From contig CAKKNE010000004.1 in assembly GCA_918797485.1 (NCBI GenBank), positions 3,782,001 through 3,846,000 on the forward strand: a stretch of 64,000 nucleotides of DNA, read 5' to 3'. Below are positions 31,541-41,588 of this stretch, piece after piece. Position 1 is the first letter of the stretch, and the number at the start of each line of letters is the position of its first letter. The notes under the pieces were generated by a model. That model was not told the origin of the DNA. It saw nothing but the letters and a program-made list of their open reading frames with translations, and did not search any database. The translations under genes were made by a program, and so were the position numbers. This stretch comes from Pelagomonas calceolata (Eukaryota).

Positions 31541-34087
31541 TCACGACGACGGCTCGGAGACCGCCTCGGACGCGGACCGGCCCGCCGGCCGCTCGCTCAG
31601 GAAGACGCCGTCGTCCGAGTAGACGCGGACGTCGCCGTTCGGCGCGCGGAGGATGACCGTGCCGTCGCCTGTTGAGGCGCCGTCCTTCTTCATCTGGCGC
31701 ACGACGTCCGCGTCGAGCGCGCGCTCTATTACTGAAGCGGCCTCGGCCGCCGCGGGCCTATCAGTGGGGTCGCGCGCGAGAGCGGTGGAGACGAGCTCGG
31801 CCACGTCCTTGTCAATATGAGGCAGCTCCTCTCGCAAGATCCGGAGCCGTTCTTCTGAAGACGCCCGCGCTATTTTTGAGATGCACGTGACGCGCTCCAT
31901 CGTCGTCCCGAAGCGCGGCCGTAATAACTCATAAAGCACGACGCCCAGCGAGTAGACGTCGGCCTTCTCGTCGTAGTCGTCGGAGGCGAGCTGCTCCGGC
32001 GCCGCGTACAACCGCGTCCCGACGCCTCTTGTAATATCCTCGTCCTCCCCAACATCGTCCTCCTCTTCCGGGATGTCGTCCTGGCCGACGTGGCGCGACA
32101 ATCCAAAGTCCCCGATCTTCGCCACGCCATCAATTAAGAAAATATTCGCCGGTTTCAAGTCCCTATGGACCAACCCGCGCTCGTGGACGTACGTCAGGCC
32201 CCGCGCGATCTGCGCAAAAATCTTCAGAGATTGGTCGTCATCATCTCTATCATCCAGGAAGTCCCGCAACGTTCGAGACGAACAGTACTGCATCTGGATG
32301 TGCAGTACCAAATCGTAGTTGACCGGTTTGCTCGGTTTCTTCTTCTGTTGTGGGATGCTGACCGGTTTCCGCGGGGCCATCGACGGCATATCTGACGCGC
32401 ACATGTCGAAGGATTTTAACGTTTCGGTAAACGGCTCTTCGACCTCGTCCTGGGTCCAGGCTTGCGTTGCTGAGGACGGCGGCTGCACGGCGGAAGTTAA
32501 TGAAGCGTTCGAGGATTGGTGGACCAGTCCCGCATCACTAGAACCGGCCTCGAGCCAGGCCTGGTAGTAGCGCACGATGTGGGGGTGGTCCAGCAACGCC
32601 AGGATCTTCACCTCGCGGAGCATCTTGTCCAACCTAGGTCGCCAGGTCACGTCCGACGAGAGCCTGATTTTTTTTATCGCGTAGTCGATCTTGTCGAGCT
32701 TGTTCGTGGCCTTGGCGACCGTGCCGAAGCCGCCTCTCCCCAACTTCTCTCGTTCGTCGAACTCGCGCTCGTAGCGCGCCGTCGAGACCAGCGCGTCGGG
32801 GCCGAGCTCGGGGATCGCCGGCGGCGGTTTAGGTGTATCATCCTTCTTCTGGAGGCTGCCGAGGGCCGAGAGGGACTGGGTCGTGCGTATTTGTGTTTCT
32901 GGAAGCGGTAGTAGCGCCGGCGACGGCGTCCTTTGTGGTGGTACCTTGCGCCTCCGTAACAGCACCCACCAGCCCGCGGCTACTGCCAAAGCGACCAACA
33001 GCACCCTTAATAACAGCAGCTCGCGTCTCACTTTCAACGGTAGCGCCGCCGTCGCGTTCGGCATCGGCAGCAGCTTCAAATTCGGCGAATACTCGGTCAC
33101 GGGCGGCCCCGCGGCGCGCGCGACGCGCGCCGCCAGTCGCGCGTTCTCCGCTAGATCAGAAGACAGGGGCCGGCCCACGGCGTGGGCCAGTAAATCCGTA
33201 CCGGCACCAGCGACGAGGGCCTGCGAATTTTCACGAGGCGCCGTCACGGCCAGGGACGACCACGCGCCACTTCTAGATGCTCCAAAAAATTCGGTAGGCA
33301 AGGCAGGTAAATCCGTCGTCCAGACGATTCTATCTTCGTCAAACGCCGTCACGGCGTAGCCAGTAGTCGTGGAAGCCACTTCCAACGAGGGGAACTTTGG
33401 TGGACTGCGTTTTTCGCACTCCCAACCCACGCTCCCTTCCTCCATGCAGTCCTTCGTCTCCTTCTTCAGCAGACCGGCCACGGCCACCACACCCACCCTT
33501 TCGGACACGTCCGCCGACGTCAGGCCGAATGCCGACAGGTGCGCGACGGAGACGCTCCAACTCTCCGTGCCCGTCTGCGCGTCCATGGCCGCGACCGTGT
33601 ACTCCTCCCGTTGTAAGAATGCGGGTGTCCCCTTGCCCTTGTTTCTCTCGCCGTTCTTCCCGTCGTCCGGATGCACCCACTGCAACTCTCCGGTGTCGAC
33701 GTCCACCGCCCAAATCGATTTCTCTCGATGCGACGTCAGGATCCCACAGTTGCGCCAGGCCGGACCTTCCGAAGCGGGTACCAATGTATCCGGCAAATTC
33801 TCGCAGGCCATCATGGGCACGTCCATCGCCGCGAGCTCCTGCGCCGTCGCCGGCAGCGCGCGCGGCTCCAAATCATCATCAAACTGGTAAATCCGACCGT
33901 CGACGCCGGGCACGACGCCCGCGCCGTGGTCCCGCACGAGCGGCGCGCCCGACGAGAAGGCGCCCACAGCCTGGCCGGACCACGCGTCGAGCGTCACGAC
34001 GAGGCCGTCGACCAAACCCACCACGATGCGCTCGCCGTTCTGCGCTGTCGCTGTTGCTGCTAGTAGTGCGCAGGCGAGGCGCCGCAT
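31541..34087 (-). CDS. PERK-like transmembrane eIF2-alpha kinase
   Basis: Signal peptide, luminal IRE1/PERK-like start (VGLVDGLVVTLD..SG), TM helix, RY..EF.E...LGRGGFG, VRYYQAWLE, kinase insert, LHIQMQYC, HRDLKPANIF, KIGDFGL. Confidence 0.88.
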   Translation of the reverse strand: MRRLACALLAATATAQNGERIVVGLVDGLVVTLDAWSGQAVGAFSSGAPLVRDHGAGVVPGVDGRIYQFDDDLEPRALPATAQELAAMDVPMMACENLPDTLVPASEGPAWRNCGILTSHREKSIWAVDVDTGELQWVHPDDGKNGERNKGKGTPAFLQREEYTVAAMDAQTGTESWSVSVAHLSAFGLTSADVSERVGVVAVAGLLKKETKDCMEEGSVGWECEKRSPPKFPSLEVASTTTGYAVTAFDEDRIVWTTDLPALPTEFFGASRSGAWSSLAVTAPRENSQALVAGAGTDLLAHAVGRPLSSDLAENARLAARVARAAGPPVTEYSPNLKLLPMPNATAALPLKVRRELLLLRVLLVALAVAAGWWVLLRRRKVPPQRTPSPALLPLPETQIRTTQSLSALGSLQKKDDTPKPPPAIPELGPDALVSTARYEREFDEREKLGRGGFGTVAKATNKLDKIDYAIKKIRLSSDVTWRPRLDKMLREVKILALLDHPHIVRYYQAWLEAGSSDAGLVHQSSNASLTSAVQPPSSATQAWTQDEVEEPFTETLKSFDMCASDMPSMAPRKPVSIPQQKKKPSKPVNYDLVLHIQMQYCSSRTLRDFLDDRDDDDQSLKIFAQIARGLTYVHERGLVHRDLKPANIFLIDGVAKIGDFGLSRHVGQDDIPEEEDDVGEDEDITRGVGTRLYAAPEQLASDDYDEKADVYSLGVVLYELLRPRFGTTMERVTCISKIARASSEERLRILREELPHIDKDVAELVSTALARDPTDRPAAAEAASVIERALDADVVRQMKKDGASTGDGTVILRAPNGDVRVYSDDGVFLSERPAGRSASEAVSEPSS

Positions 34088-34402
34088 CCTCGGGGCCGCC
34101 GGCCGCGCGGCGCGCGGACCTCTGGGCTGGGCTGGAGCTCTCTAGCTGCTTTTGGTCATCGATGTTGTGAATAAGCTATGGAATTGGGCTGGCTGCTGAC
34201 TTGGTATGAAAAATGAGTTCAAGCTGCGCTTCTTGCGAGTAGTGGGGCGCACTGCGCCTGGCTCGGACGCGCACTGAGGTTGGGCAAAAGTGCCAAGTGT
34301 AGCCTCACAAAGCCCACCAGAACGCGTCGCCACGTCTCTCCTCTCCAGCCGAGTGCTCGAAAAACCGCAGGAAAGGGGCGATTGTTCAACCCGCACGATA
34401 AG

Positions 34403-34422
34403 CTAGCGGTGTAAGACACTAG
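34403..34422. promoter_or_regulatory. CTAG-N-CTAG upstream motif
   Basis: CTAGCGGTGTAAGACACTAG between divergent starts 34087(-) and 34610(+). Confidence 0.6.
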
Positions 34423-34609
34423 CACAGCTGATAGAGGCCGCGGCTGGCGGAAGAGCAGCGTAGTTGCTGTTTTAGCTCAGCAGAGCATCGATTCTTGCCT
34501 GCAGCAGCTCAGCTATTGCCTCATTAGCTGCACACGAACGACTGCACCGTCAGAGGGAGAGAGAGCTGCCCTCCTCGCCGACGAGATTTCGCACTGCTCG
34601 CGCGGGAAG

Positions 34610-36520
34610 ATGAGCGATCGCTACGACGACCGCTCGCGGCGCGACGATCGCTACGACGAGCGCTCGTCGCGGGACGACGACCGTTCTTCGCGCCGACGCG
34701 ACGACGACGACGACGAGCGTCGGGACCGAGGCTACGACCGAGACCGCGGCTATGACCGGGACCGTGGCTATGACAGGGATCGTGGCTATGACAGGGACCG
34801 AGGCTACGGCCGAGACCGGGGCGACCGTGGCTATGACAGGGATCGTGGCTATGACAGGGACCGAGGCTATGACAGGGACCGAGGCTACGACCGAGACCGG
34901 GGCTACGACAGGGACCGTGGCTATGACAGGGACCGCGGCTACGATCGTTCGCGCCGCGAGTACTCGCGCCGCCGCGACGACGACGACGAATACTACTCGC
35001 GCCGCCGCGACGACGACGACGAATACTACTCGCGCCGCCGCGACGAGGACGAGCCGCGCCGCGACGACGATTACTCGCGCCGCCGCGACGAAGACGATAG
35101 ACGCCGTGAGGAGCGCCACGAACCGCGGCGCGACGACGAGTGCTCGCGCCGCCGCGACGAGGAGCCACGGCGCGAGGACGACGAGTACTCGCGCCGCCGC
35201 GACGAGGAGGATCGCCGCCGCGAGGCGCGCCACGAGCCAGAGCCAGAGCCAGAGCCCGAGCCCGCGCCGGTCGACGACGCGCCGCGGCCGCGGAGCCGCG
35301 CCGGCTCGCGCGCCAACGACCCGCCGCGGCCGCGCGGCGCGGCTCGTGGCGACCCCTCGCCGGCGGCCGACCGCGGCGACGGCGACGACGATGACCGCCG
35401 CGCCTCCGGGGCCTCCGGGGGCAGCCGCCGGGAGCGATCACCGGAGGCCGCGTCGGCGAGCCGGAGCGCGAGCCGCGAGCGCGGCCGGCGCCACCGCCGA
35501 AAGCACAAAAGCCGGCGCCGCCGCCGGAGCCCGAGCCCGTCGTCGTCGCCCGAGGTCCGCCGCAAAAAGGCGTCGCGCTGGGACGCGACGTCGGCGCCGG
35601 CGACCACGGCGCTGGGAGTCGCGGCGCAGGCCGCGCTCGAGACGGCGGGCGGCGCGCCCGCGCTCGAGCCGGCGGCGTCGTCGCTGCTGCTGCCGGCCCA
35701 GGGCCTCGCGACGAAGAAGCAGCGCGAGCTCTACGTGGGGAACCTGACGGCGAACGCCATTTCCGCCGAGGGCCTCCGCGAGCTCTTCGCGTCGCTCTGC
35801 GCGGCGCTGCCCGACCACGACGACTCGCGCGGCCCGGCCGTCATCAACGCGCAGCTCTGCGAGGGCGGCATGTTCGCCTTCGTCGAGATGCAGACGGAAG
35901 CCCTCGCGTCGACGATGCTCCGATTTCATGGCCTCGAGGTGGCGGGCCGGCCGATGAAGATCGGCCGGCCCGCCGGCTATTTAGATCCCCCGCACGGGCC
36001 CGTGCCGCCTTTGGATGTCCCGATGGAGGTCCTGAAGGAGCTGGGCATCTCGGGCCAGGTCGGCCCCGCGCGCGTCGACGTGCTGGGCCAGCACATCGAC
36101 GCGCGGAAGCGGCGCGAGTTATATGTTGGGAACCTGACGGCGGGGGCCGTGTCCGGCGTCATGCTGCGCGACGCCATCACGCGCGTGCTGGCGGGGGCTC
36201 TGGGCGGCGACGGCGGCGGCAACCCCATCGTGCGCAACGCCGAGATCCAGGCCGGCGGCATGTTCGCCTTCGTCGAGTTTAGGGATGAACCGACGGCGAC
36301 GATGGCCCTCGCGCTGCTCAACGGCCACGACCTGTGCGGCCGGCCGCTGCGCGTGGGCCGGCCCGCGGGCTACACAGAGATGGGGGGCGCGCCCGAGGCG
36401 CCGACGGCCGCGTCGCTCGGCGCGCCTTCCTATATACCTCCACCGCCCGCGCCGGAAGTGGCGCCGCGGCCGCCGCCGCCCATCTACGAGTCCGTCGAGG
36501 AGCCGGAGCTCCTTGGATAA
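34610..36520 (+). CDS. U2AF large subunit-like splicing factor (RD/RS region plus two RRMs)
   Basis: RELYVGNL twice, FAFVE twice, GRP.KIGRPAGY; SRWD motif. Confidence 0.8.
   Translation: MSDRYDDRSRRDDRYDERSSRDDDRSSRRRDDDDDERRDRGYDRDRGYDRDRGYDRDRGYDRDRGYGRDRGDRGYDRDRGYDRDRGYDRDRGYDRDRGYDRDRGYDRDRGYDRSRREYSRRRDDDDEYYSRRRDDDDEYYSRRRDEDEPRRDDDYSRRRDEDDRRREERHEPRRDDECSRRRDEEPRREDDEYSRRRDEEDRRREARHEPEPEPEPEPAPVDDAPRPRSRAGSRANDPPRPRGAARGDPSPAADRGDGDDDDRRASGASGGSRRERSPEAASASRSASRERGRRHRRKHKSRRRRRSPSPSSSPEVRRKKASRWDATSAPATTALGVAAQAALETAGGAPALEPAASSLLLPAQGLATKKQRELYVGNLTANAISAEGLRELFASLCAALPDHDDSRGPAVINAQLCEGGMFAFVEMQTEALASTMLRFHGLEVAGRPMKIGRPAGYLDPPHGPVPPLDVPMEVLKELGISGQVGPARVDVLGQHIDARKRRELYVGNLTAGAVSGVMLRDAITRVLAGALGGDGGGNPIVRNAEIQAGGMFAFVEFRDEPTATMALALLNGHDLCGRPLRVGRPAGYTEMGGAPEAPTAASLGAPSYIPPPPAPEVAPRPPPPIYESVEEPELLG
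34718..34948 (+). repeat. Coding 18-bp tandem array encoding (RDRGYD)n
   Basis: About 12 units of GACCGNGGCTAYGACMGR. Confidence 0.85.
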
Positions 36521-36528
36521 CTAGATAC

Positions 36529-38694
36529 TTAAGTCACATCGGCCGCCGCGACGAGCGCCTCGAGCTCCTCCCACTCGGCGTACATGGCGTCGACCTCGGC
36601 TTGGAGGGCCGTCTTCTCCGCGAAAAGGTTTTGAACCTTCTCGACGTCGGCCGAGGCCCTCGTAAGCTCGGCGTCGAGTTCAATAATAGCCGCTTCCTTC
36701 GCTTCGATCTTCGGCTCCAGCATTTTGATCTTCTTCGGCGCGTTGTGCGCGGCGCGCCGCGCGTCGTCGGCCGCGCGCCGGTCTGCGCGCGCCGCGGCCT
36801 CGGCCGCCGCCTCGTCGACGTCGACCTCCTCCTCCCAGCCGTCGTCGTCCGCGTCGATGATCTCCAGGTATTCGCTCATGGACCCCGCGAAGGAAGAGAC
36901 GTAGCCGTCGCCCGGGAGAACGAGCAGTTTGTCGCACGTCGCGTCCACCAGGGACCGGTCATGTGAGACAAGGAGAAGTGCTCCGCGAAAATCATTGGTA
37001 AGAAACCGCTCCAGCGACTGCAGCGCGCCGAGGTCCAGGTCGTTCGAGGGCTCGTCCAACACTAAGATATCGGGATTAGCATCCAACACGGCCATGAGCT
37101 GGAGCCGCCGCCGCTCGCCGCCCGACAATCGTGACAAAGGCGCCTGCCACGACGCGCCGTCGATCTGGTAGCTCTTCAGCAGCGACGCCGCCGCGGCGAG
37201 CACGTCCGACGCCGCGCGCGCCGCGTCCGGCCGCCGCGACACGACGTCCACCGCATAATCCATGGGCGACGTCTCGTCATGCGCGTCCAGGGGCGTCTGG
37301 GCGTAGTAGCCCACGGTCACGGTCGCCAGGGCGATGGTCTCGTCGTCGTCGTGCTCGACCAGCGCGTTCCGCTCCGCGTCCGTGCAGCCGATGAGCTTGC
37401 CCTCGCGCGCGGCCGCGGCCACGACGGCGCGCACTAATGTCGATTTGCCCGCGCCGTTCGCGCCGACGACGGCGATCCTATCGTTGTGCGCGATCTCGTA
37501 CGAGAAATCTTCAAAAATGACCTCGTCGCCGTACGCCGCGCCCAGCCCGTCGACGGTCACCACGACCCGCTTCCGCCGCGTCTCGTCGCGCCGCCCCGCG
37601 TCGCCCCGCGCCGCGCCCGACGCGAGGCCGAGGTCGCCCCGGCCCTCCACTTCCGCGGCGCCCTTCTTGAGCACCTCCACCCTTGCAATGCGGTTCACGG
37701 CCTTGGACTGGCGCGCCTTCGCGCCGCGCGCCAACCACGCGAGCTCGACCTCGAGCTGCTTTCTGGTGGAAGACGCCTGCGACCGCGCGTCCGCGAGGCG
37801 CGTCGCCTTGCCCTGGAGGTAGGCCTCGACGAGCGACCCTTGTGAAGTTGAGTGCTCATACAAGGCGCCGCCGTCCAGCTCGACGATGGACGTCGCCACG
37901 GTCTCGCTGAAGGTCCGGTCGTGCGACACGAAGAGTAGGGTCTTCGACGAGAGCTCGTCGCCCACTAACAAATCCTCGAGCCAGCGCACGGCCCACAGAT
38001 CCAGGTGGTTCGTCGGCTCGTCGAGCACTAAAATGTCGCCCCCACTCAGTAATGCACCGGCGAGCGAGACGCGCTTCCGCTCGCCCCCGCTCAGGTCCGC
38101 GACGCGGCGGTCCTGGAGGTGCTCCACATTCAACTTCGCCGCGGCGGTGGCGACGGCGGCCTCGACGGCCCAGCCATCATGTAAATTCATCGCGTCGGCG
38201 GCGCGCTCGAAGCTCTTTGCCACTTTAACGTCGTCCGGCTTTGCCTCGTAGGCCGCCGCCGCCGCCGCGTAGGCCCTTGCCGCTTCCACGCCGGCGCCGT
38301 CCCCGCCCAGGAGCACGTCCCTGACCGTCTTCGTGGCGTCCTCGGGCGCGACGAGCGGCTCCTGGGGCACGGCCGTCACCTTCACGCCGCGCTTCAGCCG
38401 GACGCCGCCGCCGTCGGGCCGGTCGCTGCCCGAGATGATTTCGAGCAACGTACTTTTACCGCATCCGTTGTGGCCGACCACACAACAGCGCTGGCCCTCG
38501 CGCAGCACCAGCGACGCGTCGTCGAGTTGCCGCCGCGCACCGTCGTGCGACTTGACGAGGTTCTCGCCCCAGAGCACAGGCTGGGCGGCATCTGACATCG
38601 TCATCGCTGCTCGTCGCGCTCTTCGTCGTCGGCACGGCGCGAGCAGCGGCTCGACGCCGCCGAGCAGCGCTGCTGCCAGCAGTGTCTGCAACAT
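36529..38694 (-). CDS. ABC-F family ATPase (Uup-like)
   Basis: Two NBDs (GHNGCGKST, LSGGE, LDEPTNHLD; GANGAGKST, LSGGE, LDEPSNDLD), no TM domain, coiled-coil tail; signal-like N-terminus from ATG 38694. Confidence 0.9.
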   Translation of the reverse strand: MLQTLLAAALLGGVEPLLAPCRRRRARRAAMTMSDAAQPVLWGENLVKSHDGARRQLDDASLVLREGQRCCVVGHNGCGKSTLLEIISGSDRPDGGGVRLKRGVKVTAVPQEPLVAPEDATKTVRDVLLGGDGAGVEAARAYAAAAAAYEAKPDDVKVAKSFERAADAMNLHDGWAVEAAVATAAAKLNVEHLQDRRVADLSGGERKRVSLAGALLSGGDILVLDEPTNHLDLWAVRWLEDLLVGDELSSKTLLFVSHDRTFSETVATSIVELDGGALYEHSTSQGSLVEAYLQGKATRLADARSQASSTRKQLEVELAWLARGAKARQSKAVNRIARVEVLKKGAAEVEGRGDLGLASGAARGDAGRRDETRRKRVVVTVDGLGAAYGDEVIFEDFSYEIAHNDRIAVVGANGAGKSTLVRAVVAAAAREGKLIGCTDAERNALVEHDDDETIALATVTVGYYAQTPLDAHDETSPMDYAVDVVSRRPDAARAASDVLAAAASLLKSYQIDGASWQAPLSRLSGGERRRLQLMAVLDANPDILVLDEPSNDLDLGALQSLERFLTNDFRGALLLVSHDRSLVDATCDKLLVLPGDGYVSSFAGSMSEYLEIIDADDDGWEEEVDVDEAAAEAAARADRRAADDARRAAHNAPKKIKMLEPKIEAKEAAIIELDAELTRASADVEKVQNLFAEKTALQAEVDAMYAEWEELEALVAAADVT

Positions 38695-39050
38695 TTTATG
38701 CGACATGATACGGTAACGCCAGACGTCTCGCGCTACAGGCCTGCAGGCCTTGCACCACTCACAAGTTGCACACTGATGTCGTGCGCCGACCCGAGGCGCC
38801 AAGTGTCTGTGCCCTTATGTGCTTCAACGTCACTCTCTGCGCGCCGCTGCGCTCCCGCACTCGTGACGCCTGTGCGTGGCAGAGCTCGACTGCTCACAGC
38901 GGTGGCTGGAGAGCTTGTGCCACAGCCTGCAGCAACGCCGCGTCGCCGCCGCTAGCGCTGGCCATACATCGCATAGATATCGCACGACTGCGTCTTCGTC
39001 GCGCAAGGCGCTGCCTGTGGACCACGGCGGGACGCGAAACTTCCGCAGCA

Positions 39051-39938
39051 ATGCTCCCACCATCACCACTCGACGCCTTCCGGCGCGGCATCGGCCAGGT
39101 GCTGAGGACGGGCCTGTCGCCGGCCTTCGAGGGCGCGGCGTCGTCGGCGACCGCAAATAGATCCTTGGCCGCAGCGGTCCGACAAAAGTGCCGCGCGGGC
39201 GCGTTGACGGGGCCGACGGCGGGCCTCGCGCCGGGCCACGCGCAGGCGAACCTGGTCTGCGTGCCGAAGGCGCACGCCTTTGATTTTGCGCGGTTCTGCC
39301 TCCTGAACCCGCGGCCCTGCCCGCTGCTCGCGATCGCGGCGACGCCGACCGACCTGTCTCCAACAATCGCGCGCGACGCGGACCTCGCGCGCGACCTGCC
39401 GCGCTACCGCGTCTGGCGCGACGGTGTGGTCGTGGAAGATGTCAATGACGCGTCGCACGTCTGGACCGGGGACGAGCTGACGGGCTTTCTGCTGGGTTGC
39501 TCGTTCTCGTGGGAGCAGGCGCTCGCGGACGCGGGCTATCCGCCGCGGCACGTCGAGGCCGGGACGAACGTGGCCATGTACGTGACTAACGTGGAGAACG
39601 CCGCGTCGGGCCCCTTTGGCGGTTTTTTGGTTGTGTCCATGCGGCCGTACGCGCCGGAGGCCGTGCCGGCCGTCGCGGCGCTGACGGAGGCGTACCCCGC
39701 GGCGCACGGCGGTCCGGTGCATTGGGGCGACCCCGCCGCGCTGGGCATCGGGGATCTGTCCGCGCCGGACTTCGGCGACGCCGTCCGCGTGGCCCCGGGC
39801 GAGGTGCCCGTCTTCTGGGCCTGCGGCGTGACGCCCCAGTCGGCGCTCGCGGAGGCCGCGCTGCCGCTCTGCGTGACGCACGCGCCGGGCCACATGTTCG
39901 TCTGCGACCTCGTCGACGAGGCGCTGCGCGTTGTGTGA
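39051..39938 (+). CDS. DUF1445/YcsI-like putative hydro-lyase (D-glutamate cyclase-like)
   Basis: QANL, FC..NP.PCPLL, DLPRY, GCSFSWE, HGGPVH.GDP, VPVFWACGVTPQ, THAPGHM. Confidence 0.88.
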   Translation: MLPPSPLDAFRRGIGQVLRTGLSPAFEGAASSATANRSLAAAVRQKCRAGALTGPTAGLAPGHAQANLVCVPKAHAFDFARFCLLNPRPCPLLAIAATPTDLSPTIARDADLARDLPRYRVWRDGVVVEDVNDASHVWTGDELTGFLLGCSFSWEQALADAGYPPRHVEAGTNVAMYVTNVENAASGPFGGFLVVSMRPYAPEAVPAVAALTEAYPAAHGGPVHWGDPAALGIGDLSAPDFGDAVRVAPGEVPVFWACGVTPQSALAEAALPLCVTHAPGHMFVCDLVDEALRVV

Positions 39939-39961
39939 ACTCTGAATGTAATGTGACACAC

Positions 39962-41365
39962 CTAGACCTTCTTATGATAGCCGCTCGACCGGCTGCGCGC
40001 CGACCCGAGGAGGGGCCTCGAGAGCAGACCGTCGTGTTTTCCGTTGCTGTCAAACTCTGACAGGATCGTCGAGACGCTCCGCCGGAGGCCGCGATCGTCG
40101 CGGGCGGCCGGCGACGCGTACGCCGCCTGCGCCGCCGCGGCGAAGGATACGGCTGCGATGAGGAGGATCCCGACGGGTCCGAGTTTGCCGAGCACGTCGA
40201 ACAGCCAGCCGTAGAGATATGGCCCGGCGCCGCGCGCGCTGACGATCGCGACGACTGCAAGCGCGCCTTGCGCCGCCGCCGCGTCACGCGCTGGTACTTC
40301 CAGCATCAGCTCAGCGCGAACCAAAGGCTCGCCGAGGCCCACGAGGATGGACAGTGTAGCTATTCGGAAGACGCCCGCGACACGCGCGACCGCAAGAGCG
40401 CCAGCTAACTCCACCGCAGTCGCCGCGTAGGAAATCGCGAGCACACGCTGTCGCCGTCGCGGTCCGAGATGTCTTTCAGGGACAAAGGGCAGCAGTCCCG
40501 CGCCGGCGCACCGCAGGATCGCGGCGTAGGCGAGGAGCCACGCGAACTGTGCCTGCGTCATGCCGAGCCGCTGCTTGTATGCGGGAAACAAGACCGGCGC
40601 GACCGCTGCGCCGACGTGGGCCAGGACGAACGCCCGGACAAGCAGCACCGCGCGGCGCGACGGCGGCGCGATGAACAGCACCCGAAATCCCCGGCACCCG
40701 TCGGCGACCACCGTCGAGAGGTGATCCTTCGGCGGCGCAGCGTCCTCGTCGTCGCTGTCCTCCACGAGCGCCTCCTGAGGCCAGCACAAGGCTACGATGG
40801 ATGCGGACGCCGCGCAGGCGAGAAATCCCGCGACGAACGGCGCCCGCTTCGACACTTTGTGGTAGAGCGCCGATCCGAGGGCCGAGCCCAAGACCTGGCC
40901 CGAAAGCAAGGCGCCGGAAAACGCGCCGTAGCGGCCCGCCAGCACCGCGCCGCGCCCGCCGCCGCCGCCGTCGTCCGCCGTCGCGAGCGCCGCCGCCGCG
41001 AGCGGGGCTATCGCTGCGGCTACGCCGTGCGCGATGGCCAACATCGAGAGTGTCGCCGGGTCGGCAACACCGTTCCGCGCGAGGGCCGCGAACCGCAGCT
41101 CGACCCAGGCGTCGGCGGCGATCGCCGCGACGACGACGAGCTTCGGCCGCCGCGTCGCGCTGGCCGCGGCCGTGGCGAGCGGCACGCAAACCAACGCCGA
41201 CGCCGCGGAGCACAACGCGAGCCGGCCGAGGAGCCGTGCGAGCGCCGCCGGCGAGTACGCGTCTCCCAGCAGCGCCGGGAGCAACGCTTGCTTCGCGAAG
41301 ACGAGCGAGACGTGCACGCAGGTGGCCAGCGCGGGCGCGCCCACGACGCGCGGGTCGAGACCCAT
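39962..41365 (-). CDS. Major facilitator superfamily transporter
   Basis: About 12 hydrophobic segments in a 6+6 arrangement; QGA......GP..YG in the C-terminal half. Confidence 0.7.
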   Translation of the reverse strand: MGLDPRVVGAPALATCVHVSLVFAKQALLPALLGDAYSPAALARLLGRLALCSAASALVCVPLATAAASATRRPKLVVVAAIAADAWVELRFAALARNGVADPATLSMLAIAHGVAAAIAPLAAAALATADDGGGGGRGAVLAGRYGAFSGALLSGQVLGSALGSALYHKVSKRAPFVAGFLACAASASIVALCWPQEALVEDSDDEDAAPPKDHLSTVVADGCRGFRVLFIAPPSRRAVLLVRAFVLAHVGAAVAPVLFPAYKQRLGMTQAQFAWLLAYAAILRCAGAGLLPFVPERHLGPRRRQRVLAISYAATAVELAGALAVARVAGVFRIATLSILVGLGEPLVRAELMLEVPARDAAAAQGALAVVAIVSARGAGPYLYGWLFDVLGKLGPVGILLIAAVSFAAAAQAAYASPAARDDRGLRRSVSTILSEFDSNGKHDGLLSRPLLGSARSRSSGYHKKV

Positions 41366-41566
41366 TTCGACTGCTGCTTTTATGCAGCGGTTTCAGCTGC
41401 CTGCGGCTCCAGCTGCCTATGGCTGCTGCTGCGGCGTTGCCCACTCGCTGCAACCAAGCGATCAGGTGTGGAAGGGTAGCGATAAAAGCAGCAATGTGAC
41501 GAGATCTGGGTCCACAATGCGCGGCTCCAGGGCTCCTGAGCTTTTTTTGGGGAAATCCCTGTGTGG

Positions 41567-41588
41567 CTAGCGGCCTGTAAGACACTAG
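41567..41588. promoter_or_regulatory. CTAG-N-CTAG upstream motif
   Basis: CTAGCGGCCTGTAAGACACTAG, the exact reverse complement of the copy at 18087; upstream of ATG 41365(-). Confidence 0.6.

Noticed and set aside
34718..35220. Repeat array as CRISPR
   Set aside because: No unique spacers; it is an in-frame coding repeat in a eukaryotic gene.
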